A stretch of DNA of 64,000 bases from Sphaerodactylus townsendi (Eukaryota). The stretch is taken from assembly GCF_021028975.2 (NCBI RefSeq), contig NC_059431.1:81344001-81408000 (forward strand), given 5' to 3'. A program made the position numbers and the translations under genes. Shown here piece by piece: positions 13,435 through 24,084 of this stretch (positions are counted from its first letter, which is position 1; the number at the start of each line of letters is the position of its first letter). The notes under the pieces are model-generated. The model ran no database searches and was not told the origin of the DNA. It saw only the letters and a program-made list of their open reading frames with translations.

Positions 13435-13933
13435 GGCCGTTTCCGCACGGCCCATAAACGACGGCCTGGGGGCAGTAAAAACACCGCCCCCAGGCCGCCG
13501 TTCGCACAGGCGCCGCTGCTGCAACGCAGCAGCGGCGACCTGACTCCGCTTCCCTCCCCCCAGGGCGGCGTCAGGCCGCCCTAAACAACAACCCTTTAAA
13601 GGGTTGTTGTTGGGGAGGAAGCGTCTTCCTCCTCCGTCCGACTCACGATGTCCTCGTCGTCGCCTGCTGGCCGTCGTAGCCCCGCCCACACTGTCCACCG
13701 ACCTCCAGGGGACGGAGGGCGGAGTGGGCGGGGCTTAGACGGCCAGCAGGCGACGACGAGGACATCGTGAGTCGGACGGAGGAGCGGGAAGAGGCGGCTC
13801 CGTGCGGAGCCGCCTCTCCTGTGGCGGCCTCTGCTTGGCCTGCTCGCACGCTTGCGTGCGAGCGGGCTTCTGCCCCCACGCCGCCAGAACTCTTGCCGGC
13901 GTGGGGGCGCGAGGTGGCCGTGCGGAAACGGCC
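13435..13933. mobile_element. Young CpG-rich PIF/Harbinger-like MITE (copy 2, different internal sequence)
   Basis: Perfect TIR ggccgtttccgcacggcc / ggccgtgcggaaacggcc. 3-bp TSD aag (13432-13434, 13934-13936). Perfect 47-bp internal inverted arms at 13629-13675 and 13738-13784. Confidence 0.9.
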
Positions 13934-14461
13934 AAGGAGACTGGGGAGGGGATGAGAGTCAATGAGGGGAACAAGAGAAGTATAAGGTGGTGAAGGAGGC
14001 ATCTGAGGAAGAAAGGCAGGCAGTTGGGCATAAAAAAGATCAATCAGGAGGTGGCCAGAAAAGGGAAAGAAAAGAGCAAGTGAATTGGTTAGTGTGGAGG
14101 GGTGGAGATGTGGAGAGAGAGAAGGATGGCAGAGCAAGAGGAACAAGGCAGAGGGGTTAGCAAATAGGATGGGCTGTCCTCACCCCCATGAGCAGGATTG
14201 CAGGGCAGTGCTTGCCAACCAGCAGGAAGGTTGTGGGCATGACACTGGCTGCTACGTCATTTCTGACAAAACTGCAGAAATAGCATAAGATAGCTCTAGA
14301 AGGTAGCTACTCTATGTCACATCTGAATTTTTACCCGAAGGGATGTATCATCATATGCTTGGCAGCTCTACCTAGTCTTCCTTTTGTTAAATTCTAGAGC
14401 ATCAGTCTTAAAGAACTTAGAACAGTATAAGTGCATTGCTAAATACTTCAACTTCAGTGGC

Positions 14462-14825
14462 TGTGACAGGCAGATTATGTTCTGACTCTCCCTGGGAATG
14501 AATGACCAGTAGGAGCTGACAGAATGTTGGTGGGTGCACAGTAGGAGAACTGCAGTTGGGAATTGGCAGCTAGGGAGCTGAGGGGGAAAAGAAGTTGTCC
14601 AAGTTAGTGAAGCTATACTGAAGCTAGCTGACTGAAAAGAGTCAATTTGTAACACAAGATACTGAAATTGGGAAACTCCTCTGGAAATGAAACATAACAT
14701 CTACCTTTACTTTCGTCAGTGTTATGTTTATTCAGTAAATAAAAATGTTTTATTTAACCCTGTGAGCTTTGTGTCTCAGGGAAAGAGACTTACATACACA
14801 CGAGATCAGATTCTCTCTCTCTCAC

Positions 14826-14861
<36 letters not shown>

Positions 14862-15146
14862 ATAGGACTGGAATAAATGGTGGCAGCATGTGAATGAAAC
14901 AATGTTTGAACCCCAAACCCAATCACTGTGAGAGAGCCTGTTATTAAAGGGGGTTGGACTACCCTGTCTCCTGATGTCTCTGTGAGTGAAACAGAAGACT
15001 TGAGATGTGAACATGGCTTTTGCCATATTTTAAAAGAGACAAGAAGGGTAGCAAATGTGATGAACTGAGTGACTTGTAACACATAACTTGTGTGAGAGAG
15101 GTTTTAGTGGGTGGTAGGCACTTTGTTTGAGTGAAGGGATGTCACA
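14462..15146 (+). mobile_element. Solo LTR (Gypsy/ERV type), 685 bp
   Basis: Starts TGTGAC, ends GTCACA (inverted termini). 5-bp near-TSD gtggc/atggc. Internal AATAAA at about 14738 followed by a T/GT-rich tract. Internal (CT)n at 14812-14857. Confidence 0.7.
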
Positions 15147-16495
15147 ATGGCCTTAAAAGGATATAGAGTCTGCTTAGCACTGTACTATACATGGTGTAAT
15201 GAAACTTGGTACAAAAAGCCCTGTTACTCTTCATTTATACCATGGTTAGAATGAACTATTTTGTTAAGGATCAAAACCATCCTCATGAAACCTATTAGGA
15301 GCAGAGTGTGCCAGCACTTCTCTTAGATGCTGAAGAAAAAAACTGGCCCTTCATTGTTTCTTCTGAGGCAAAAGAATTACATTCTGGTGGCTAGTTGTGC
15401 TGAGATGAAAAAGCAGCACAAATTTTTTTCCAGTTAACCCAGCATGTTGGTGTTACGGCTTCCTGTCACAGTAGCCCAAACAGGCAGTTTGACAGGGATC
15501 ATTGGGGTCAAAACAATTTCTTGACCTCTTCAGTGTAGGTGTACACCTTTTTTCTGTGTTCAGTATGCAACCATTTCCAGGTATTAGGTACTTGGAAGAA
15601 AGAGAAGAGATATAAGTCAGCAGGAAATGGCTTCATTGAGCATCTGCTGTAAGCTGTCTGTAGAGCATTAGATGAATGTGAACTCTTGAAATTAATCAAC
15701 CAGGCCATGACCTTACTGAAACATTTATGGAAAAACAGTTACAAACCATGGCAACATAACTTCTCTAACTTGCCATCACACAGGCTGGCCCCAGCGCCCA
15801 CACTCTTCTCAGGCACAAAAGGGCTAAGAAGTATGATGGTGACAATTAATAGCGTGAACTCTGGGAAAGGTCACACTTTAGATTAAATTCTGTGAAAGTG
15901 TGGGGCTTTTATCAATTATCGTCAGACAGCATTGTATTTTGCAGGCTCTTCTCACTGGAGAGGTGTTGTACAATTCTACCTTCTCCCAGACTCTTTCATG
16001 CATGACTGTTCTATGCAGAGACAATTTCCAAATAGAAAGAAGCATATATACTGTTATATCATATATACTGTCACTGGTATCAGTCAGTATGACATAGCAG
16101 TTTGCAAGTGGGACTAAAGCAACGCAGATCCAGTTGTAATTTTTACTCTGTGATAAATATGTGAGCCAAGCATTCTTGCATTGTAACCTAACTCATGGGA
16201 TTATTGTTGAATTAAAAAATGGGGGAGAGAGCATGTGAGCTGCTCTGAGCTTTTTAGAAGAAATCCAAGGGAAAATGTGATCAATAGATGGGTAAAGTAA
16301 CTGGCAAATGTTGGCTTCCCAACAGAGATAGTAATGGCAAAAGGGAGTGTTCCATGCCTCACATACTTTTCTCTTGTGTCCAGACTACAGAGCCTATGGC
16401 TCTTTAAGCCAAACATGCTCCTCAATAAGGTATGGTGACCTATTTCATGCTCAATGAACCTCCTAGAACTGCACATACTGGTACTGTCAAGGTCA

Positions 16496-16686
16496 TAGAG
16501 TTGCCATCAATGAGCTGAGAAATTCCTGGAGGTTTGGGAGCAGAGGCAGGGAAGGGGAGAGTGCTCAGGAGCGATGGGATTCCATGGAGCCCACTCTCCA
16601 AATCTGCCACTTTCTCCCGGGGAACAGGTTTCTGTAGTCTGCAGATCAAGTGTACTTTCAGCTCTACCTACATGTGGGCAACCCTA
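16496..16686. mobile_element. hAT (Tip100-type) MITE
   Basis: Termini tagagttgcca ... gggcaacccta match the TAGGGTTGCCA terminal motif. TSD eroded. Confidence 0.7.
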
Positions 16687-17114
16687 GGACTTGGTGGGAT
16701 ACAATATGTGGCTGGTGCTCTGTTCAGCATGGTGCAGGTGAGTTATGCAGATGTGTCTCTCACTGAAGTTATTCTGCATCATTTTCTGATCCAACCATCC
16801 TCCAAGCAAACAGCCTTCACTGTAAGAAGCCTTCCTCCAACTTCAGTGGCTCTTGCTCCAGTGGAAGAGAATTTCCAAAAAGGCTTCAAACTTGAGCCAA
16901 AACAAAAGGTGAGATATAAATGTTTAAATTTTAAATAAAAAAACAAATAAACTTTGTTTAGTGTCAGAGTAGGATAGGGGTAGGATCAATAACACTGTGA
17001 TTATCTTTTTAAAATATGATACCTTTCTATCTAGTTTTTAAAATTAAAAGCAATGCTTCCTAAAGCAACATCTCTCAATATCAGGAACTTTTGACTTGCT
17101 TTTTTAAAATGTAG

Positions 17115-17631
17115 GGCCGTTTCCGCACCGGCAAATCATGGCGGCCTGGAGACGGTAAAAACACCGTCTCCAGGCCGCCATTCGCATGGGGGGTGCAGCT
17201 GCAATGCAGCCGCGCCGCCCTCGCGCCGCCCGGCTGGCCTGAAGCTGGCGTTTCCCCAGAGCGCTTCCCAGCGCTCTTTTGGGGGAAACGCCGGCAAGAA
17301 GCCGCTGCCGAGCGAACGGCAGCAGCTTCATGCCGCCTCCCCCCACCCGGCACTCACCTTGTCCCCGGGCCTCCGGCGCGTCGCCAAGGCCTGGGGACAC
17401 GCCCCCCTGCCCTGCGCCGCTCGAGCAGGCGCGCAGGGCCAGGGGAGCGTGTCCCCAGGCCTCGGCGACGCGCCGGAGGCCCAGGGACAAGCCGGGTCAT
17501 GCGAGCATCGGCGCTCCACAGCGCCGGCTGCCCGCCTCTTCCTGGGACCGTCCGTGCGGATGGTCCCAGCGTCTTCGGGTCAGCGCGAGAAGCGCCGACC
17601 CAGCCGTTTCCGCTGCCGTGCGGAAACGGAC
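17115..17631. mobile_element. Young CpG-rich PIF/Harbinger-like MITE (copy 3)
   Basis: TIR ggccgtttccgcac / gtgcggaaacggac. 3-bp TSD tag (17112-17114, 17632-17634). Internal inverted arms at about 17358-17402 and 17447-17491. Confidence 0.9.
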
Positions 17632-17909
17632 TAGGTTTTTGACAGCTGTGATCATTCCCTTCCCAAAAGCAGAGTCCTAAATTAGAATAGGATATAATGT
17701 ACCTGATTGTGGAAGGAAGCTAGCATGACTGTTACACAAACAAAAGAAAAAAATCCAGGGAAACATTTGCCAGAATTAGGTATTTGATACCTCAAATAAT
17801 AATATCCTGGAGAAAGCAAATGGTCTAGCTGTGGTAGAGCAATGTTACTATGATTTTTTAAACAGAAACATGTAAGAGAACATATAGTAGAACAATATAG
17901 TAAGAATAG

Positions 17910-18055
17910 TGTTCAGCCAGCATAATGTAGCCACCAAGATCTTAGCCTAACCTACCCTACAAGGCTGTTGCTTTGATAAATCAAAATCAAAGAGAGAAGG
18001 ATGCTGTAAGCCACTTTGGCTCCCTGTTGGAGAGAAAAGCACACCTTAAATATAT
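17910..18055 (+). mobile_element. CORE-SINE (Squam3/MIR-like) 3' fragment
   Basis: cttagcctaacctaccctacaaggctgttg...tgtaagccactttggctccctgttggagagaaaagc resembles the CORE domain plus an L2-type tail. Confidence 0.6.
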
Positions 18056-18143
18056 ATGCCACATTGAGTAGAATGACACCTATGCTGTTAGTGGCATTCA
18101 TGTGACTTCCGGGCTGTATGGCCGTGTTCTAGTAGCATTTTCT

Positions 18144-18184
18144 CCTGACGTTTCACCTGCATCTGTGGCTGGCATCTTCAGAGG
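18144..18184 (-). ncRNA. Minimal type I hammerhead ribozyme motif (Penelope-associated), core intact
   Basis: The minus strand reads CCU-CUGAAGA-ugccagccacagaugcaggu-GAAAC-GUC-AGG: CUGANGA box, GAAA box, palindromic minimal stem III, GUC cleavage triplet and a CCU/AGG stem I. Confidence 0.7.
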
Positions 18185-18186
18185 AT

Positions 18187-18227
18187 CCTCTGAAGATGCC
18201 AGCCACAAATGCAGGTGAAACATCAGG
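18187..18227 (+). ncRNA. Minimal hammerhead ribozyme motif, mutated partner copy
   Basis: CCU-CUGAAGA-ugccagccacaaaugcaggu-GAAAC-AUC-AGG. The GUC to AUC change is consistent with CpG decay and breaks the stem III palindrome. Confidence 0.55.
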
Positions 18228-19131
18228 AGAAAATGCTGCTAGAGCACAGCCATACAGCCCGGAAACCACATGAAACTCCAGTGATTCCGGCCATGAAAGC
18301 CTTTGACAATACATTCATGTGATTACTTCTATGCTTTTTCCTAGCTTTGTATGGTACAGGGTCATAGGAAAGCTATATTGGTAACTTATGTATTTCAGCT
18401 GGTGCTAGCTCTTAGCTTGCATAGTTGGTGGACAAATTTTCTATATCATCAATGAAGGCACCGGTTTCCTGAATCATGCAGTTTGCCCCTCTTTGTGCCA
18501 GCACAGTCAGGATAAATGGTTTAAATGATTCATAGTGTACTTGCTGCTTTGGGGGATGACAGGGTGGAGTGGGAAGCAGAAACTACAATTCCCATAAGAC
18601 TGTATTGAAAACATGCATGCATGACTTATTCTAAAGCTAGGCTGTTCTTCTGCTTTTGCCATTAATGAAGAATGAATCTGGCAGCTCTAAGAGATGGAGT
18701 GACACTCTGCATCACTAACCATGAAACTGAAATATTTTATGTCCAGGAAGAATGTGGCTAACAGCAGAGGAAGATGCAGCAGTGGCAAACAGGGAGCACG
18801 GTAAGCCATGGGAAAGCAGCAGAAGAAAGCCATGGAAAAGCAGTGGCACATGAACCACTGACTTTTTTGCACTGATTTTTGCACTGACTTTTTTGCATAA
18901 ATATGTGGTACAAATAAAAACAAAAAGCTTTCGCAACATTTGACTGTATAAATTGCAATTTGCAATGAAATTGTAAGTTGAACCAGCAGGTTATCATACA
19001 TCATGAATTATGGTAACTTCTCCATGATACAAAACATATGTTAGCAACTGCAGTGTGTGTGGACTGGCAGGCTCTACATGTGTGAGTATGTGTATTCAGC
19101 CCATAGAGTATTCATGGCAACAAACTAACAC

Positions 19132-19280
19132 AGGTTGTTTGCCATTGTTTTTCTCTGCCTTCCTCTGAATAGTGGTCCTGGAATTCTTTGGTGGTCTCCC
19201 ATCCAAATATAAATCAGGTCTGACCCTGCTTAGCTTCCAAGATCTGATGTGATCAGGCTAGTTTGGGCCATCCAGATCTG
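19132..19280 (-). mobile_element. 5S rRNA-derived SINE fragment (5S-Sauria/SINE3-like)
   Basis: Minus strand gcctgatcacatcagatcttggaagctaagcagggtcagacctgatttatatttggatgggagacc resembles the 5S rRNA internal promoter region, followed by caatggcaaacaacc. Confidence 0.75.
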
Positions 19281-19460
19281 ATATGCCTTAATGGTCATCA
19301 CTGATCCACATATGTGTTCTGGAGAGAAGATGCACATCTCTCCACCCAGAGATGTGTGTTTTAGAAGCCTGGTGGGAGGAGATACACTGAAGAATGACAA
19401 CCCCAGCAAATTACCTTAACAGAACATTACCAAGGCATCTCCAAAAGACAAATATATTGA

Positions 19461-19491
19461 CAACACACATACACACACACACACACACACA
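19461..19491. repeat. (CA)n microsatellite
   Basis: Read directly from the sequence. Confidence 0.9.
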
Positions 19492-21399
19492 GACAGAGCA
19501 TAATCACATCATTGTAGCTTAGCCAAGTACTTCAGCATGCTATATCAAAAATTCCTCTTGTTTCTATAAAAGGCTTCTCATATGCTGGTGAGGATAAAAG
19601 AATAGAGGAAAAATAAATTTGTTTCCCTCCTATGCTGCCTGTCTTGTTCTCCCAACTGGCATGAAATCAAGCAACTGGCTTGTGTTGTCTTCCACAAATG
19701 ACTCAGCAGTGGCACTCCCACAGCTGTGCCCAGCTGCTACATGGTGGTTTCATCTGCTTCTTCCCTCTGAATGTTTATAAAAACACTTCTGAAACAGAAC
19801 AAGAAGCTTAAAAAGACAACAGAGATGCTACAATGTATAGTAATATCAAACTTTCCTTCTTCGTTCCTATAGCTTCATCTTTGTCTCTTTGTAAAAGTGA
19901 AAAAAACTCTAGGTTCTATTTACCAATTTATGTTGCTGCATTTCCCTAAAAAATGGGTAAAATTCTGCATATCCCATCATTCCTTTCTTTTCAATTACCA
20001 CTTCCTACCTTGCCTGTTGCCAGCTACTTGCCATTTCTTGTCCTGCAGTATCATTTCTATTGTCCATGGTCTTTCTGCTCCTGCATATCTTCATTTTTTT
20101 TAAAAAAATAATAACCATATTGATAGCTTGATAAATAAATACTAACATAAAAAATGTAAAAAATAATAACACTAGTTGATCAATCCAAACCCTCGATTTG
20201 CTCCTGAATTTGATCAACAAACTGGGATTTCTCCAGATGCATAGTTTTATACACAAGCCATCAGAGATTCCAGACCACACCAGGAAAAGCCCATCAGTCT
20301 CAACACTTGCATTTACATCACATCAACAGAGAGACAATCGTGAACCTGGGGAGCTTAGCAAACAGCAGTTCACATTGTCCTTTTGCAGTTTTTCAGTTTG
20401 CATGCCACCACCATTACTTCCCCTTCATTTCCTACTGCAAAAGACAATCAGAATTCAGGAAAAGTGTGCAGATTCCGCAGTCAAAACTTTTCTTTAATAG
20501 TTCACCTTTTTAGTGTTGATATATAGATCTATAGATTGATATATCGATCCATTGATAACATTAAATATAAATGTTAAAGATTATATTAAAAATTAAAACA
20601 GGCATGTGCAACAGAGAACCTGTGAAGCATCCCCCTCTCCCAGATGCAAGGAAAAAGTGAGCTGATGGGTAACACCTGCACTGCTGCAAACAGGGTGGTG
20701 AGTAACAAAGCCGAACATATCTCAAAACAAAGACTCCTCAGCCAATTCTCTTAAAAATTAAAGGAACTTCACCATGCTTCATCAGCCAATGGGAACTTTC
20801 TGCAATGAATATTTTCTCTGTTTGAGAGGTATCACAGACCACATGATGGAAGTCGAGTAGGTACCTAGTCCTGCCTCTTGGGCAACAGACTTTTTACTGA
20901 CTTTCAGCTCTGTGGTAGGGTTTGGAAATAATGACACTACAGCTTGCCATCATTATATGACTGATCAGCCTGGAACTGTGCACTCCCTTTTCACTTCTCC
21001 CTTTAACTGCACCTCAAAAACTAAGCTCCTCCACTTTCCACATCCTGAGAGAGATGTGGGAAAAGGAGCAGGATTGGCAGCAGTAGAAGGGGAGCCAGCT
21101 TACCTTGATGCAGCCAACCTTACATACAGTGTCAAGGGAGGATGGAAAAATAGGGGACTAGTGATCACCCCACCCACCTCCTTTTGCCAGTGACAAGTGA
21201 GACAGAGCACAGCAAGAAGCATTGGAGCAAGGCACCATGTGGAGATTCCCAATAGGAATCCAAAATAAGACTGCCAAACAAGCTCAAGCACCAGCTCCCT
21301 CATTGGCATCACTTTGCATGTAGTAGACTCCAAATTTGAATGGGAACCATTACTGGGGAAGAGAGTCAATGCTCTACCACTAGAAGACCTTTTTTTTCA

Positions 21400-22300
21400 G
21401 AGAAATTGTTTGGGGCATCTGCATCTGTTTTCTAATGAGCTCAAAGGGAACCACTCAGGGAGATAGAGCTTCTCACCTGCAGCAACTGAGGCAGGCAAAA
21501 GGGTATTCAACAAGAACCAGCACCCAAGAGGAGCTTAGAGTCACCCAAGGACAAAAACCAATCAGGCCACTTCAGTACATTAGGCAACATGGGCATCTGA
21601 CGGGGCTGGAGCTGCCAAAGAAGAGAAAAAAAGTAGCTGGGCAGAATAGACTATTGGCGGTCATTGATCTTACGGAGGTGCTAGAAAGCAAGCACAGAGA
21701 AGGCTGTTTGGATCTTATGGCACATTGAAGATGGAACTCAACACATTGAAGATGGAACTCAACTCAACAGGCTACACAGTAGCAGATGAGTACTTTGCCC
21801 AGTAGATGGTGCATCACGGACATACTGCTTACCTACACACCAAGAAAGCCTGTAGGCTGTGGGATGAAAAAGAAGTTTATTCAGCATCCACAGGGCATCA
21901 AGTAGGACAGGTACTGCTGGCAGAAGACATGGCCCCAGTGCAATCACAACCCACCATTCATTTTCACATGGGACAAGTCCCATTGCAACCGATGAGAATT
22001 GTTGTCCAAATGACAAGCATAGCACAATCACTGACATCACATGGCAATGCAACAGTCAATGGTCTCAGGACCATGGGAGGAAAGAAACCAGAAATTTTAT
22101 GCTGTGTGAAAAAATTCATATGTTCTAACTTTGTTTGCAATGCCACTACAGTTGAAGAGGGTTTATACACAGAATGTTGCAAAATACATAATTGAACAAG
22201 ACACTGCTGGGCAAAAACAAGCACTCTACAAAGTACATATTTGAAAACTACAAATGCAGCACTATCAACAAGGCAGAAGACAAACACACATGACCTTCAG
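21400..22300 (+). mobile_element. Probable ancient R2/RLE-clade non-LTR retrotransposon remnant (linker, zinc knuckle, restriction-like endonuclease)
   Basis: Ordered degenerate motifs across frames: KKKFIQ..(IK)RTGT..RR; FHMGQVPLQPMRI...SIAQSLTSHG; NGLRTMGGKKPEIL; LKRVYTQNVAKY. These parallel R2-type FI.A.K.R...PTR, HI.GQCP....RI.RHN, LRT..G.RKPDI and K..KY. Confidence 0.45.
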
Positions 22301-23169
22301 AAAACATGGACACAGGTCAGAACACCCATAGATTCACCCCAGTGAAGAAATGCTCTCTAGCTCACATTGGCACACATGCTAATATTTTATTTAATGGTTT
22401 CTATCATGTGGCTTTCTCTAGCTTAGATGGACAGACTGCCTGTGATAACTCTCTTGCTGCAGGACTGATAACTCTGTGTCATTATAGCTTCCCAGATAAT
22501 GGCAAAAGGGATTAAAGTGAGGAGAGCAAAGGACATCAGAAGAGGGTTATATAAATCTTGGATGTCACCTTTTTGCAAATGGCTGAACAGCCATTCTAAC
22601 AAAAGTGAGTAAATTTAGGGTATATCCAAAGGGCAGCTTGCCCTATTTTTTTTGTTTGGTTTGGAAAAATGAGAAACAGAGCAAGGGTGATTTGTTCTAA
22701 AAAAAACAAAATATCTCTTACTCAATGGTTGATTCCTCACAGCACAATTGTATTGGGTTACATTCCATATTTAAAAATCTGGGTCTATTTTTTCCTGATT
22801 TCTCCCTTTGTATGGGTGCCTGTTTCCATGAAAGAGTCAAGCTAAGACTGGGAGGAAATACTTCAATTTCTTTTGTACGAGCCCAGCTTTTTTGTTTTTA
22901 TAACACAGATGCAGCATGCATGCTCAAACATCCTTGGTGTGCTGCATTCTGATTGGCTCTCCCCACCAAAGCCAATGCTTCTGATTGGCAGATCCACAGC
23001 AAAGGCAGGAAAACCAAGCAGGATACACACCTTACTTTTCTCTAGTTTTGGAAAGGAGCCGGTGCAGTGAGCAACACAACAAGCATGTTGTGCTATACAA
23101 AGTAAAAACTTTTGACCAATACTGGACAGAGCACTATGTCCCATCCACATTTAAAGGTGTGCAAGAAAC

Positions 23170-23620
23170 TACAGCATGAGACCCCCCCCCCCCCGCCCCG
23201 ATATACCAAATAGCATTTGATTATTCTTGGGGGCTGTCATGGGGTGAAAGCATCCTCCCAGGCAGGTGCTTCTCCATCCCTCCCCCCAGGATCCTATTGG
23301 GAATGTAAACTGTGGGCCTGGGCTCTCCAGACTGTGGCTTGGCTAATGAGCAGCGCTTAGCAAGAGTAAGTGGAAACAGGGCAAGCGCTCACACTTTCCC
23401 ACACAGGCTTGCTTGCCTGGCTCCCGTAAGAGCTTCCTGGCCCATCCCAGGATCCTGTTGGGAATGTGAGCATGGAGCTGCAGGACTGGGCTGACTGAGC
23501 TGCGGCTCAGCTAGTGAGTGGTGCTTGGCAAGATCAAGTGGGAATGGGGCTTTCCTGCGCAGGCTCACTTGCCTGGCTCCTGGAAGTGCTGTCAAAGGGC
23601 AGAAAACTTGCTTGGGAAAC
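23170..23620. repeat. GC-rich repeat fragment with a diverged internal direct duplication of about 160 bp
   Basis: ccaggatcctattgggaatgt(23287) and ccaggatcctgttgggaatgt(23447); cttgcctggctcc occurs twice (about 23412 and 23568). Confidence 0.55.
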
Positions 23621-23671
23621 ATTTTGGAAAGGTTGGGTTGCAACTCAGCAGAAATGAAACTGACATTTGGG

Positions 23672-23732
23672 GAGGGCGGTATATAAATATAAATAATAAA
23701 TAAATATAAATAATAAATAATAAATAAATATA
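23672..23732 (+). repeat. L2/CORE-SINE type 3' end with (TAAA/TAA)n tail
   Basis: gagggcggtatataaatataaataataaataaat... Confidence 0.65.
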
Positions 23733-23744
23733 AGGCAAGGAGAT

Positions 23745-23960
23745 CAGGCAGTGGGGTCAGAAAAATACATCGGTTTTGCTCCCATGGCATTTGCGCAAAA
23801 GCAGATTCAATGCTGGATTTTGGAAAAAGATCACGATGTTCACGGTTTTTGAAAAGCCCAGGATGAGGAAAATATCATGGGATAAACCTACTTTAGGATT
23901 GGGAACTGTGTGAACCTCTTGGCCAAACAGGGATATTTGGACCATGTGGAATTGGTCAAT
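23745..23960. mobile_element. Harbinger-like non-autonomous element fragment
   Basis: Reverse-complement similarity to 930-1000 (cccaggattttcaaaaatcgctaaaccagtgattcttttgcaa). Confidence 0.45.
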
Positions 23961-24084
23961 GTTGGAGGGTTGCAGTAAATTATAATTGTAAGGAGGGTTA
24001 CACTAAAAACAGAAACAATGAAACTGAACACTGTGAAAAGTCCCCCTTCAACCAACAATAAAAAGCACACCCAGGACTTACCCG

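Larger units (their letters stand above)
18106..18311. mobile_element. Penelope-like mini-element (inverted pseudo-LTR pair)
   Basis: Inverted arms of about 78 bp centred on gaggatcctc (18181-18190), plus a tail ccagtgattccggccatgaaagcctttgacaata. Flanked by the direct repeat cattcatgtga (18095-18105, 18312-18322). Confidence 0.85.

Noticed and set aside
19132-19280. 5S rRNA gene
   Set aside because: Partial, diverged and joined to a SINE body; not a functional rRNA gene. The same applies to 42705-42837.
21721-21762. Exact 21-bp tandem duplication; similar short duplications at about 6564-6592, 18857-18897 and 50523-50583
   Set aside because: Two or three adjacent units without unique spacers: ordinary slippage, not a CRISPR-like array.
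21806-22195. 129-aa ORF as an endogenous viral gene or host gene
   Set aside because: No viral or host motif recognised; the motif order fits a decayed RLE retrotransposon better.
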